From positions 889,725 to 953,724 of the forward strand of contig BCKZ01000002.1 in the NCBI GenBank assembly GCA_001600815.1: a stretch of 64,000 nt of DNA, read 5' to 3'. Shown here one piece after another: positions 1-12,739 of this stretch. Source of the stretch: Alloascoidea hylecoeti. Taxonomy: Eukaryota. The translations under genes and the position numbers were made by a program. The notes beneath the pieces were generated by a model. It had not been told where the DNA came from and did no database searches. It saw only the letters and a program-made list of their open reading frames with translations. Within the stretch, counting starts at the first letter, position 1. Each line of letters begins with the position of its first letter.

Positions 1-3000
1 ATGATGATGCTCCTCTTTATATTCTCTCTTAGCCGGTCTTTCTATAATTGGGGTTTCAAGATCATCGATAGAACTTTCATCGGAATCTGGAAGGGAAGTC
101 GTTAAATCATAATCATTCACTTTTTCAATTTCAATTGCAACTTCAGGTTGAATATTATGATGTTCTTCCCCAAATTCTCTCACAGCTGGTTTTTCTATAA
201 TTGGGGTTTCAAGACCGTTAATAGAACTTCCTTCGGAATCTGGAAGGGGAATTGTAAATTCATAATCATTCACATTTTCATTTTCATTTGTGACCTCAGG
301 TTGAACAATGCTTTGCTCATCATTATAGAGATTATCATCCATAATTGGTAATTTAAACCTACCAGGAGAACTTTCCTCTGATTCAGGAAGAGGAGATTTT
401 AGACAAAGATCCACACTTTTAACTTTTTCTTCGTTATCTATATTAGTAAAACCTTCAACGGGATTTTCTTTAAATGATGTTTCAATACCATCTATAGAAC
501 TACTTTTGGAAAATGGAAGAGGAGTGTTTGAATCTAGACCTTTCAGACTATCAATTTTATTTTCAATAGTAGGATCGCGCTGAATATCATCTTTTTCTTT
601 CATGAAATTTTTAAGATGGACATCCATAGTCAGTGCTCCAGACTCAATAATGGAATTAGTTTCAGAAACTGGAAGAGGAGTAGTTAGAGCAAAATCTTTT
701 GAAATATCTGAAAATTCTGGAAGTGTATTATTAAAGCGTTGTGAAATGTTACTATAATGGTGGGTTACAGATGATATTGATGAGGCATTTGAAGATGGGG
801 GCAATTTATAGAATTCAGCGTATTGAGAACCCTCCTCATTCATGTTTGAATCCATCTCTGATAAAGGAGAATCAAATTGATTAGGCGACTGTCCGATCGA
901 AATGATACTATGTTCAATTTGTGGTGATCTATCAAGGCTGGTTTCTTCGTAAGGGTCAAGATCATCGTCAGATAAAAAATTGGAATTCGATTTACTACCG
1001 CCCTTTGACTGGTTGCTTCTCAACCTTAGAACAGTATTCTTCTCAACCTTGGATGAATCCACATTGATTATAATTGCACTTCCTGCTGTTGATTTACTGA
1101 TGTTGACTGGCGTATTAGGTTGCCTTTCAGAAAACATTGCAGGATTTTCAGATAAATCGCAGCTATCAGAATTATATTCACTAGAAGACAACGAAACATT
1201 TTCAATTGGAGTACTTGAGTTAGTTGAAGTAATTGAGGGTGGTAAAGGTAAAGATTCTGCTGGAAAATCAGTGTCCTCAATCCTAGCATTGTTTATACGA
1301 TCGAAAATGTCTTTGACTGCTATGGGCTCTGCCAGTGGCATTGGTTTTCTTCTCAGAATTTTTGGTCTGGTTATTATTTTGTGTACAGCGACAGGTGTTG
1401 TGTTTGATCTATTGTAAGCATCCACTGGAAAAGATTCAGAATCAAAACATTTTAAATGTGAAAAGGACTTTTCGGAATGAGATCTCGTTGGATGAGATTT
1501 TGATGGATGTCGTTTAGAGCGTGCTTTATGATCTGAAAGCCTAGCAAACCTTGCGCTTATTTCATCCCTACTCCTTTTCTTTGATGAGTTAGGTTTTTCT
1601 TTCAGAGTATCAAAGTTAGAAGTAGAATTCAAAGGTTTTTCATTTTTGTTGCCTGTGTCAATAGAAATCGGTCTGGGGCGAACGTTGGGATTTAGGGTTT
1701 CTACGAAATTTGTTTTTCTTCGTTTACTCGAACTTTGCTTACAGCTGTTGTTATCGGGGTCGTTGTGATGCTCTAAAACCGGAAACTCTCCTTCCCGCTT
1801 CTTGATATCTGTAGTATTTGGATAATCTTCGCACTTATCTAATATCAGAGCACCAGTAGAATTAGAGGACACTGAGACATAATCAGAACTATCAGAATTC
1901 GAGGCAGGAAGTGATATACGTTCAGCACCTATATATTCATATTGAGGTTCTTCCAATGAATCGCTAAGACTACCAAGGCTATCCTTCGAGTGTGTAGGAT
2001 TTTCTGTTTGAAAAATTATTGAACCCTCGTCTGATGGAGGAAGGCATATAGAACTTGGAATCAAATTAACATCTCTGGGGACAGTAGTATTAACTATTTC
2101 TTCTTCAACATTTACATTGAGATGAGTGATTTTAGTTTCATTTGAATTCGATTCTGTAGGTTGCAAATTCTTGTTAGACAATAAACTACCAGGAGCAGGC
2201 CAAGCATCCATATACTCTGAGTTATTTTCAATATCCCTAATAAGCGAGCTTGTTTTGGATGATGGCAGATTAAAGTCCTCAGCATTCTCGGTTTTTTCTT
2301 CTTTATTAATTAGTTCAATCACCTTTCTTTCATTGGACACTGAGGTTATGTCCCTTTCTGAGCCATTACTCATTAAATCTGAAGGTGGTAAAGGAAAGCG
2401 TTCTGCAACTTCATTTTCATACAAATTCATAGATTTAGAGTTATCTTCAATATCACCTACAAGCGAGCTTGTGTTAGAGGGTGGCAGATTAAAGTCCTCA
2501 GCATTCTCGGGTTTTTCTTCCTCTTCATTAATTAGTTCAATCACATTTCTTTCATTGGACACTGAGGTTATGTCCCTTTCTGAACCATTACTCATTAAAT
2601 CTGAAGGTAGCAAGGGAAAGCATTCTGAATTAATAATCTCAATTTTATCTTTAGTTGAACCTAGATTGTCCTCAAGATGTTGACTCAAACTAGATGGTGG
2701 TAAGGAGACATTTTCAGCGTTGACTTCATTTATCTTCTCATAATAATATTCGATGCCACTAAAGGTTTTGTTTCTTGGAATACTGGGACTTTCAATCCCA
2801 GGTAATACACCAACATGTTTATTTTGGGGATCATGACCCACTGCAGAAATTGAGTCTGAGCCAGAGGGAGGCAAAATAAAATCTTCCGCATTTAATCCAT
2901 CTACTGCATTAGTAGTCTTATTTATATAAAAAACTGAAGATAAAGACAAATATTCTGAATTTGAAGACGACTCATTTTTTTGAAAATTGATGGGCATATC

Positions 3001-6000
3001 AATGATGTTTTCCTCTGAATTTATACTAACATTTGAGCTTGGTAAAGGAATATCACTAGGATCGAGGGATGCATCTACACTTTTAATTCGTTCTTCAATA
3101 TTATCTTCAACTATTGTACTAGCAATTGATGGAGGCAAAACAATGTTTTCAGCACCATTGTTTCTGATACTATTAAAAGGAATCAAGCTATCAAATCCTT
3201 CTGGATTTGTCTCTGGACTTATATCATCCGTAATTTCTTTTGATATCGTATCAGATTTTGACAATGACAGAACATGATTATCGACATTAATTAAATCTTT
3301 GTCATTATCATGTTCAAAAGTAAGAGTCGTGTCAATATCTTTATCAAATTTAGGACTTTGAATCAAGCCATCTGACCCATGAAGAACCTCCTCATATCCA
3401 TGTGGTACGTTATTTAATGAACTTTCTTCGACTTGCAACTGCGGTTCAAATTCTGAAGGTTCTACTGAAATTGTTGAACGAGAGTCATTGCCCGAACTAC
3501 TAGGTCCCGATGATGGAAGATCCATCATGCTTGCAGTTAGATTTTTGAGATCCAACTCAATGCGCTTCATATCTTTTTTTGAATAAAAGAGTAGAGGTTG
3601 ACGTGAGGAAATCTCTTTACGGAGGGTGTTTTCATTCGTTTGTAAATCTTCATTTTCGGTATGAGATATAGTAGAGGCTTTGTTGGAATATCTATCAGTC
3701 ATACTGGATTCAATACCTTGATAAACAGGGGTTGCAGTTAATTGATCCGGAGCTCTATTTCCCGTCTCCATGATGTTAGATAAATCAGAGCGATTATCTA
3801 TATTCCACTCATCATCTCTCGATAATGGAAGTGCAACAAGACTTGGGTCAAAAAAGGGGAGTACTTCGTCATATGGATGCGAATATTCAGTTGGACCCAC
3901 ACTTCTAACGGATTCTATTTCAGAGCATGGAAGTAAGATAAAACTAGGATCAATATCCGGCAATGAATATGATAAATATTCACTTGTATCGGTGGCTGTG
4001 GTTCTAACAGATTCGAATTCTGAAGATGGAAGCCTGATAAAACTAGGGTCAATATCAGGTAATAAATATGGTGGTGAAAAATATCCAGTCCTATCGGTAT
4101 TTCTAACAAGCTCAAATTCTGAAGAGGGAAGTGAAATAAGATTGGGATCAATATCAGAACCAGCCGTTTCATTTGACGATCTACTGATATTATTCATTAT
4201 AGATTCATACATCACTAATTCTTCATTTGATGGCTGTAATTGCGAATTTAACTGATCTGACTCTGAATCTGGTGGAAGTTCGATCATTTCGGGTTTAATA
4301 TCATACACATCTTGATCTTGATTATGATGTTCTTCATCAGATATAAGAATCCTTTCTATGTGTTGTTCTTTTAACTTTTCTTCTTTATTTTTCTCATACT
4401 GAGGTTCGTTTATAATAATTGATTCATTTGATTCTGATCTAGATGAGGTTGGTAACTCATATGTTTCTGGCTTTATATCATCAATTAATGGAATAGTGAA
4501 AACAAAACCTTCTTTTGACGTGGGTAAACTAATACCAAATTGTGGTTTAACAGTAACCACCCCAACCTTAAAATCCAAATCATCATCGCCAATTTCGGAG
4601 CCTGTAGGTGATCTAGTTTTGTTTCTTCTGCTTTTCACATCAATGTCAACTTTCAAGCTAACAGAAGAATTTAAACTTTCTTGAGAACCAGGAAGGCCAA
4701 CATGAAATGGTAAAACTCCGGATATATTATCAAACAAAGGAATACTAAAGGACAAGCTGTCTGATGAAGATGATAAAGAGATATTTTCTGGCAACAAGAA
4801 TTTTTGAACATTATGATAATGATTAGAATTAGAATCGAGTGAATATTTATCATTACTATCAGAATCTGAATTCGAATGATCGGTGCCAATTGAAAACTTA
4901 TTTTGTATGAATTCGGGATGCTTCGCGTTTGGATATAAATAAGATCTGAGCTTAACATCATTCAATTTAATATCACAATCATTATAATCATATGATGTAC
5001 CATCATCAAGATAATTACTATTATCCCATTGCATTGCCGAAGAATAAGTAGTTGTAGGGCGTTCTGGCACTTGAATAGATTGTTCGGCTAAATTCGACGA
5101 TAAGAGACCACAATTGCAATTACAAGAAGGTTGATGTTTATGACTAGTTGTGAATGTTCCTTCATTAACATTCTCTTCTAAACTTGATTGCGAACGGTAA
5201 ATCATATTTGCTCTAGGTAAGGTAAATAATGATGCTGATCTTCGGTGTCGTGTCTTACTCCCCCCAAATAGGTGTTCTCTAATGGCAGTTCTTGTACTAA
5301 TAGTTTGAAGATCAGTCATCTCATCACGTAGAGAATTAAAAGAAGTCTGTGATGCACCAATTGTAAACGACCTTTCCCTCATAGGAATAGGTGATGATAA
5401 CTGCACCTGGGTATTGGAATCCGAGGAACCTTGTTGATAAGGTGATGGAAATAAATCTTCCTGTGGATAAGCCACTCTGCCAGTGCTGGGCGGTGTTTCA
5501 ACACTATTAAAAGTATCGACTCTAGATAAATCGAATGGTCTTAGAGCTATAGGATGTGATAATGGTGTTTGTAGATGAGGTTTGAACGAGGATCTAGAAT
5601 AATTTGCTAGAATGCTTGCTGTTGGCGATGCAACAGGTGAATCACTACCGTTGGATGGTGTAGGATTGGATTCCAATTCGTAATCATAAGTTGGAGTGGT
5701 GATATACTTTGGTTTATAATCATCGGACAGGTTAACTGTTGGGATCGGAACTTTACTTGAAGATTGAATATTGCTAGTCGATACAAATTTTAAATTTGGC
5801 GTTGAGATTTGAACACTTAATTTTCTTTTTCCCTTTCCAAAGTTTGGTTTTATCCTTTGTTTTCTTACGTTCAATGATCGCGGATGATAAGTTGGTATGG
5901 TTGGACTATTAGTATTAAAGCGGTTTAATTTTAGTTTACCTTTCAGTTCTTTGTTATTGTTAAGTATGCTTTGTTCATTATGATTGTTTTCATCAGGTTG

Positions 6001-7642
6001 AAATTCAGGCTTTCGTTCGTTTTCATTTTCACTTTCATTCTCACTTTCGATTTCGTAATCTTCAATAAAACTTGCTGTTGGTGAAATAAGAGAAACATCT
6101 TCCATGTCTTTAAACTTGTCTTTTATTATATTACTCATTGTTACTTTAGGTGTAGTTGTCGACTGATTATGAATTGTAAACTCTTGACTTTTATTTTTAT
6201 TCACTGCAGCCGAAGAACGCAGCATACCCTCAAAGTTTGATAAATAATTAGAGTTTGATCTTGGGTTATCATCGTGTTTTTTTGTGACCTGTTCATGGTC
6301 ATTTTCTTCAGAAGTAGGACCTGGAGAAATCAAATTTTGTTCAAAAGTTAAAGATTCAGTTGATTTGCCGGGGATCGAGATCGAAACCAACTGTGGAGCG
6401 GTTTGGATGGGACTCGTACCAACAACAGGAGGAGATGTAGTTAAGCTTAATGGATTGGTTAATAGAGACCGAGGTTGTTGGGGTTTCTCATGAGCTTCAT
6501 AATTAAGTCTATTATCCAAAATAGTCCCAACAATTATATTTCTATTTTTTGATATTTGATCATTAGGTAAAGATGTTGAAATATCCAAGTATTCAAGCTG
6601 GGATAATTTGTTTTCTTCTTTTGGATTAGGTAAGATTAACGAAAGATGTTTTGTTTTTGAAGTTTGTCTTCTGTTCACCTCTGTAAAATTGGATTAGTTT
6701 GGAGTATTTTTTTAAATATATATAAGCTCAAACATACCTTTATGTTCGGTGTTAGATTGATCTTGTTTTTCGAGCAGAGTATCCAAATCGACACCCATTT
6801 TTGCAAGATGTGCTCTCAACTTAGCAGAGGCCGGTGTTATGTTAGAATTTGGACGACTATTGCTAGTATTAGTAATAAGATTGGATATCTCTTCGTGTGT
6901 AGAAGGGACTTTGGTAGATTTGTTAGTAATTAAGTAAATACAGCTATCAGTGTATATATTTATCAGAAAAGATGTTGTTTACAATATCGTATGAAGGAAA
7001 TTGCAAGTTGCAAAGAAATAAACAAATAATATGTGAGGTGGGTCCTAGCATAATTCATACTATATTCGGTCATTCTCTGTAAAGATTTAAACACATACCT
7101 TCGGCAAATCTGACAGATTTCTTTGCTCTGTCTTTTAACGGTGAGTGCAGTTTCTGATGGGAAGATGAAAAAGAGGTTTGACAACCTGTAGGAAAAGTTC
7201 TTATCGAATTCGCGTGTATAGTGTTGAATTGGCTGGGCGACTGTTTTATGGATCCAGAACAATTCAATGCATCATTTGCTAGTTCACCTGCACCTTTGCG
7301 TCCAGCTCCTGTTGCGGCGTCTGGCTCTAACGGGGACGGCGTGGGCAAACCGGTTTCTGTACCCAACTCACTGGTTCTTGAGATTCCGGAGGTGGGGTGG
7401 AACGATGAATCCACTCCAACTGGTAGCTTTATGTTTTTCATGACTGTGTCTATAAACTTTTCTTCTGTAACCTCCTTGTCCTGAAACTTATAAATATTTT
7501 GTTCCACTTTGTTTTGCGCCATAGGGATGCCTTCGTTTATATAGCTTAAAACCAAGTAACCAATAATTACATTTACTGTTCCAACTATGACAATCACCAC
7601 TATGACAGAGATCAACAAAAGAGATTGCAAAAACATGACCAT
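1..7642 (-). CDS. Giant (>=2465 aa, 3' end beyond the window) low-complexity protein with N-terminal transmembrane segment; exons 7642-7099, 6908-6738, 6680-<1
   Basis: ATG at 7642 (MVMFLQSLLLISVIVVIVIVGTVNVIIGYLVL). Intron 7098-6909 is GTATGT..TACTAAC..AAG and intron 6737-6681 is GTATGT..ACTAAT..CAG; both are phase 1 and join in frame. The frame read at 6678 is the same as at position 1. The ORF track lists no stop-terminated ORF in this frame, and six + strand shadow ORFs (980, 2126, 2987, 3770, 4496, 6284) share one register. Confidence 0.85.
41..305. repeat. Imperfect 153-bp (51-aa) tandem repeat inside the giant ORF
   Basis: tctataattggggtttcaag occurs at 41 and 194. The protein units are VNDYDLTTSLPDSDESSIDDLETPIIE and VNDYEFTIPLPDSEGSSINGLETPIIE. 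Confidence 0.9.
2242..2627. repeat. 219-bp (73-aa) direct repeat inside the giant ORF
   Basis: aagcgagctt...ggcagattaaagtcctcagcattctcgg...cattggacactgaggttatgtccctttctga starts at both 2242 and 2461. Confidence 0.9.
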
Positions 7643-9114
7643 CTTATCAGCACCTGTTGGAAGTGTGCATATGGATTCCAACGGCAATTAATATTGAATA
7701 TATATTAGTTATCTTAATAGATAAATATATGTTGAAGCAGATATTGATGACTATGGTGCCTGACATAATTAAGTTGAACATAGCGAACTGAACCATGAAA
7801 AAGGCAAATATTTTTAATTATTTTCATGATTCTTCCGCATGTAACCAAGAAGAACTGATCATACAAATTGGATTTCAAATGGTGTAATTAATTACTAAAT
7901 TAACCATTTCTAATACTACTGATCTAACATACTTATGTGTGATAATTCAATTATAATTTTTTCCAGAACAATGAATACCTATTACATGTACCTACTTCAT
8001 GTAGATTATGTAGCATTAGTGGTCGGTAAGCTTATAAACACTAAATATATAAGGTTTCTAAAGTATTACTAAACCGGTTTAAAGTTTTTTGAAATCTGAA
8101 ATTGTTATTTTAAATTATAAATTTAAATTTTTATAAGCTTAAGCTGAAGGTATTATTATTAACATGACAATATAGAAACATGAAACAAATATTAACACAA
8201 TGTTAAGCTGTAAACTATATAATATAAGATCTTATATGAAATCTAAAGTTCGTTGTTGATTTTCCTACATATTTTTGGCCTATATTTCGATTTAAGATAA
8301 AAATAAAGTAATGCCATTATTGATTTATATAATGTAATTATTCACATATAAAATAGACTGTGAACCGGTATATATTCAATCTTAAAATTGCAAAACTTTC
8401 AGATGTAGGGTTCAACTCCACAACACACAGCTTATATGTAATCAGTAGACGTTGGACATTCCCAGTGTGGATTTTGAAGTAAAAGTTGATTCGATATTAG
8501 TTTTTTTGATACACGAGTACTGCTACGTGTACAATTGTGGTTAATTCATGTCCAGAACGTTGTTATCATATTACCAGCTTTCCGCAGTCTCTGAATCGTG
8601 TCGAATTCGGTCTCAATATTAAGTAAGGTACTTTAAAGCAATTTTGTAATGGGAAATAACTATAGTCAACTTCTCTATAAATTGAGCATTACTTGTTCGA
8701 TGGTATCTGTTTACAATTGATATGGGTAGTCATTTATCTTTTTCGAATGAACATGGCATTTTAGAAAAATACTTCCAAATATTTTGGTCAACTGTATCAT
8801 TTCAAAATATGTAGTCCTCAAACCAAAATTGATTCATGTAGATTTACGAAATATGAGCCAAAGAAAGGTATTCAAAAATCATTTTCTAATAATTAAATTC
8901 TCCAGTTAGCGTTAAATAATGGGAGAGCTTCCTCAAACCAGGTATTGTAATTGAGTGAATTTCCACATAAAAGGTTCTATCACAAGTCCACCTATTCAAT
9001 CACAATTGATAAAACATCCTAAGAATTATTCTGATATTGGTGCTTTAAGTGCTTATTTAGTGGATCTATGTCCAATAATATAGTATTTTGATACTCATGA
9101 AGAATTTATAGACA

Positions 9115-9975
9115 TTTTTGTTGTTTTTTGAAATTTTTTTCATACTTGTGTTCTTAGAAATTGGGGAGCTTGTTGGCCTAGGATTATTTATGCAATTGTA
9201 CAAATATTACCTTAGTGGGAAATATAATGGAGTGCATGTGTATGCATACATCCATATAAGGTAAGCGATATTGTTTTAAGCACACGATACGCCTGATGCC
9301 GGCAGGATTCTATGCATATTAAAGGAGGAAGATAACAGTGTGACTACTCACCCTTCTCCCTACAAATCTAATATTTTTTCTTAGCTCTAGAGCCTTTTTG
9401 ATAAAAGCCCCATTTTTTTTTATATTACTCTCTTTTGTATTTATGATCAATAATTTGATCCCTATTCTTTCTCTTCTCAACATCATCTTCTTTAGTATTC
9501 TTATTGTTGAGCAATCTTCAAATAGATGTAATATGTCGTCTTTACCTTGTTGACATAAAATACAAATATCAGATTTTTGCCACCATTGTTTTGCATTTTT
9601 ATTATGATGTAGCATATGAGTAACATATCCCAAGCTGAGCAAATGTATCCATGGTGTCTCCTCATGGTGTTCCTTATATGTTTCTTTGATAAATCCCCAC
9701 TATTTCTTCCAATTTTCATCTTTTAGTTCCGGAATTAACTGCATCAATTTGTTTGGTTTCAATATAATTTTGTTTTTATTATACCACTTGTGGCTTATTG
9801 ATTTAATCGGGTATTTGGATATGTTTTTTTCTTCTACGTCTTTTATTCTTTTTTCGATATCTTCTCCTGCTGGGGTTTCCACCAGTTTTTGTAACGCTTC
9901 ATTTGTCAATTTTGGTACCATTTCAGTAGTTGCTATATTTTTTATTTTTGTGTTATTTATGGATATACATGTATT
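9115..9975 (-). mobile_element. 5'-truncated non-LTR retrotransposon (L1-clade-like) remnant: ORF2 C-terminus with zf-RVT-like knuckle, 3' UTR and A-rich tail
   Basis: ORFs 9700-9921 and 9319-9642 are in one frame, split by a single TAG. The motif CILCQQGKDDILHLFEDC (CxxC-x8-H-x4-C) is typical of L1-type ORF2 ends. An A-rich tail lies on the minus strand at 9115-9140. Confidence 0.75.
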
Positions 9976-10304
9976 TCAATGCTACTTCCTGAAAATTTTA
10001 TTCGGATAGGAGCTTAATCAAGAGGAATTCAAGTAATTAATCTATTAGAAAACCAAGACTAAGACAGCAAAAAACGAGTGTTTATATAGTTCTAAGCTAA
10101 GTCCGGGCTATATAGAAACATGAGGTTATATCAGTATGGAATAAGAATAATCATGAAGATTATCTAGAGGTGTGTATGGCACAATAGCGGTGGCATGAAT
10201 AGTATAACGGCAAGGCATAATGGCATAAAGTACATAACGACAGGGGTATAATAATAAGAACAAAATAGGAGAGGGTAACGGTTATGTCATAAGACACTCA
10301 TCAG

Positions 10305-10378
10305 GACTTCGTGGCCAAGCTGGTTAAGGCGTGCGACTGTTAATCGCAAGATCGAGAGTTCAATCCTCTCCGAGGTCG
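10305..10378 (+). tRNA. tRNA-Asn(GTT)
   Basis: Acceptor stem GACTTCG/CGAGGTC, D arm GTGGCCAAGCTGGTTAAGGC, anticodon arm TGCGA-CTGTTAA-TCGCA, T arm GAGAG-TTCAATC-CTCTC, followed by a T6 terminator. Confidence 0.97.
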
Positions 10379-11172
10379 AATATTTTTTAATTATCTTAAA
10401 AGATAAATATGATATTCCGAAAAAAAATCCAAGATACAACTGCAAAACTAAAACGGCACTATTTTACTACTTCTTATGAAAAAATATCAATCTGGAAGAC
10501 TTAATATGTCCAACACATAAAAACACAAAACCTAATTTCAGAGATCATATGGCAAATTCGGGTTCATAGAAGATTCAACTCTTGTGAATTAAAAAATGAC
10601 TCTGAGTCCATCATAGCAAATATTGAGCGGCGAAAGCTGATTATAAGATACAAATAAATATATAATTCAGAAATGGTTATACCGTCAGGGTATAACAAAT
10701 GTTTTAAATAATTCTCATAGTTTTAATCCTCTTATCGATTAGTATAATTTATAATAAGCGATAAAGTATAAAAAAAAAAGATTTAGATTCAGAGTCGAGA
10801 TATGCAATATATAGGCGAGCAATTTTACATCACAAATGTGATGAAAGAACTAGGTTACTTACTACTTAGTAATAAGGAAAAAGTATCCGATCTATTGATT
10901 GATTTTAATTGACAATACCTCAGGTTCTACCATTTGTGTGGGAAAGAGATGAAGATATTAATACATTCCTTGAAAAGGATAAAAAGAAAGTTTAAGAAAT
11001 GTCTCAAGTTCATAATCAGACCATAGTTCTAGATCTACTAATAGATTGTATACCAGAAGGGATACATAGCTAATATACGTACATGTACTACATACACATA
11101 TAATATATGAACAATCATTCCTTAACTTATCTCATAATTTTGTTAGGTTAAATTAAAAATCAGTTATATCAA

Positions 11173-12231
11173 TTAGTATAAATTTCGAGGTTTAAACCTA
11201 GTTTGGGTATTAAATATAGGGAATTGTAAATCATAACTTTGAAATCTTAAATCATTATTACTATTTGAAGATGTATTGCGACCAGAGTTTTTTATATTCG
11301 CATCTGAACATTTTTCTCTTCTTTTAGCCCTTTTGGATTTGTAAATGGTATCAATACTGTCTTGACATTTTGTTCCAGATGATAGTTTTCTCTTGCTACT
11401 TATTGAGTTATTTCCGTTATTAGGTATATACTCTAAACTATTAGAGGTTGGAAAATTTGATGTATTCTTATAGGTTATAATGTTAGCATCTCCAAAGTCT
11501 GATATGTTTATAGTTATAATTGAGCTATCTTTGTTGCTTTCCAAATTACTTTCCAAATTACTTTTCAAATTACCTTCCAAATCATGGGTTTCAAGTTCAT
11601 TATTAATTGACAAACGGTTGATAAAATTATCACTCGTAAAAGTTTCATCATATATAGGGTATGATTTGTTAATGTGAATGCTTGATAAAACATCTACTCC
11701 TTCTAAACCCCTGATATTTTCATTTGATGATGTTTCCTCTATATTTAATATAGAACTATCAATATCAATATCCATATTAATAGCTGTGTCATTATTTGAT
11801 TGATTTCTATTCTTCATCACACGATACGTATTATCATTCAAGCCAATTTGGGTATCAATAATATTCTCCCCGACTCTCATATGTAATAAAGACCCTGAAA
11901 TATCATGCTGAATTACCCTTTCCCATATCGTAATTTCTTCAGGTTTTGGATCAATTTCAGTGGCATCACCTTGATTAGCATAATCATCTTTACACAATAA
12001 AAGCTGAATTCTTCTTTCCTGTAAATTATTCCTAGGTTCCCAACAATGACATGAACTTGTAGGATTTAGTTCTGATTCCTGATGCTGTTGCCGTAAGAAA
12101 CCTTTTTGTTCCCTGAAGCACTGCTTTTGAAGTAAATGAAGGGATTCTTTTGATAATATCTGATTAGAATTCATTAAATAGTTTGATTGTGTATGTTTTA
12201 TGATTTTCAGTGTTTGTGTTTCATGGTTCAT
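11173..12231 (-). CDS. Hypothetical 352-aa protein, N/S-rich, with a basic C-terminal patch
   Basis: Long ATG-initiated ORF in AT-rich DNA, head-to-head with MRP2 (104 bp apart). No family recognised. Confidence 0.65.
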   Translation of the reverse strand: MNHETQTLKIIKHTQSNYLMNSNQILSKESLHLLQKQCFREQKGFLRQQHQESELNPTSSCHCWEPRNNLQERRIQLLLCKDDYANQGDATEIDPKPEEITIWERVIQHDISGSLLHMRVGENIIDTQIGLNDNTYRVMKNRNQSNNDTAINMDIDIDSSILNIEETSSNENIRGLEGVDVLSSIHINKSYPIYDETFTSDNFINRLSINNELETHDLEGNLKSNLESNLESNKDSSIITINISDFGDANIITYKNTSNFPTSNSLEYIPNNGNNSISSKRKLSSGTKCQDSIDTIYKSKRAKRREKCSDANIKNSGRNTSSNSNNDLRFQSYDLQFPIFNTQTRFKPRNLY

Positions 12232-12335
12232 ACTGAAATATACTCACTTTCAGCGTTTAATTCATCACAGACCATTTTTTGAAACCTCTTTTTCCATTGG
12301 TTCAACATCAAATCTCTCAATAAGAAAAAGCAAAA

Positions 12336-12739
12336 ATGTTACCAGGATGGAAAAAGATCCCACTCCCCACTGGATGGGTTAATGCACGAATGATTAAAGA
12401 TAATTATAAACGACAAATGGCAGCTGAAAATGAAGTTACAATTAGAGCATTAAAATATATTGCAAGAAATACAACGTTACCACAAAAGGTTAGAATTGAA
12501 GCACAATTACAATTAGCAACTATGCCACATTATACACATTTAAATTTAGTTAAGAATAGATGTGTTCAGACTGGTAAAGGAAGAGGTATTTTGAGGGATT
12601 TTAGATTATCTCGTGTATGTATTTTTTTCTAAACAATGCTATAGCTATATTATATTTACTAACTTGATAAAAATAGTACAATTTTAGAATGAACGCTTTA
12701 CAAGGTCTACTTCCTGGTGTTAAGAAGGGTGTCTGGTAA
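12336..12739 (+). CDS. MRP2: Mitochondrial ribosomal protein uS14m; exons 12336-12614 and 12677-12739
   Basis: S14 signature VKNRCVQTGKGRGILRDFRLSR. Intron 12615-12676 (GTATGT..TACTAAC..TAG, phase 0). Exon 2 gives YNFRMNALQGLLPGVKKGVW*. Confidence 0.93.

Noticed and set aside
148..6933. Many + strand ORFs of 60-185 aa
   Set aside because: Mostly antisense shadows of the giant minus-strand gene.
10500..11060. Coding-like decayed sequence downstream of the tRNA (similar patch at 59540-59960)
   Set aside because: No sustained frame or recognisable motif.
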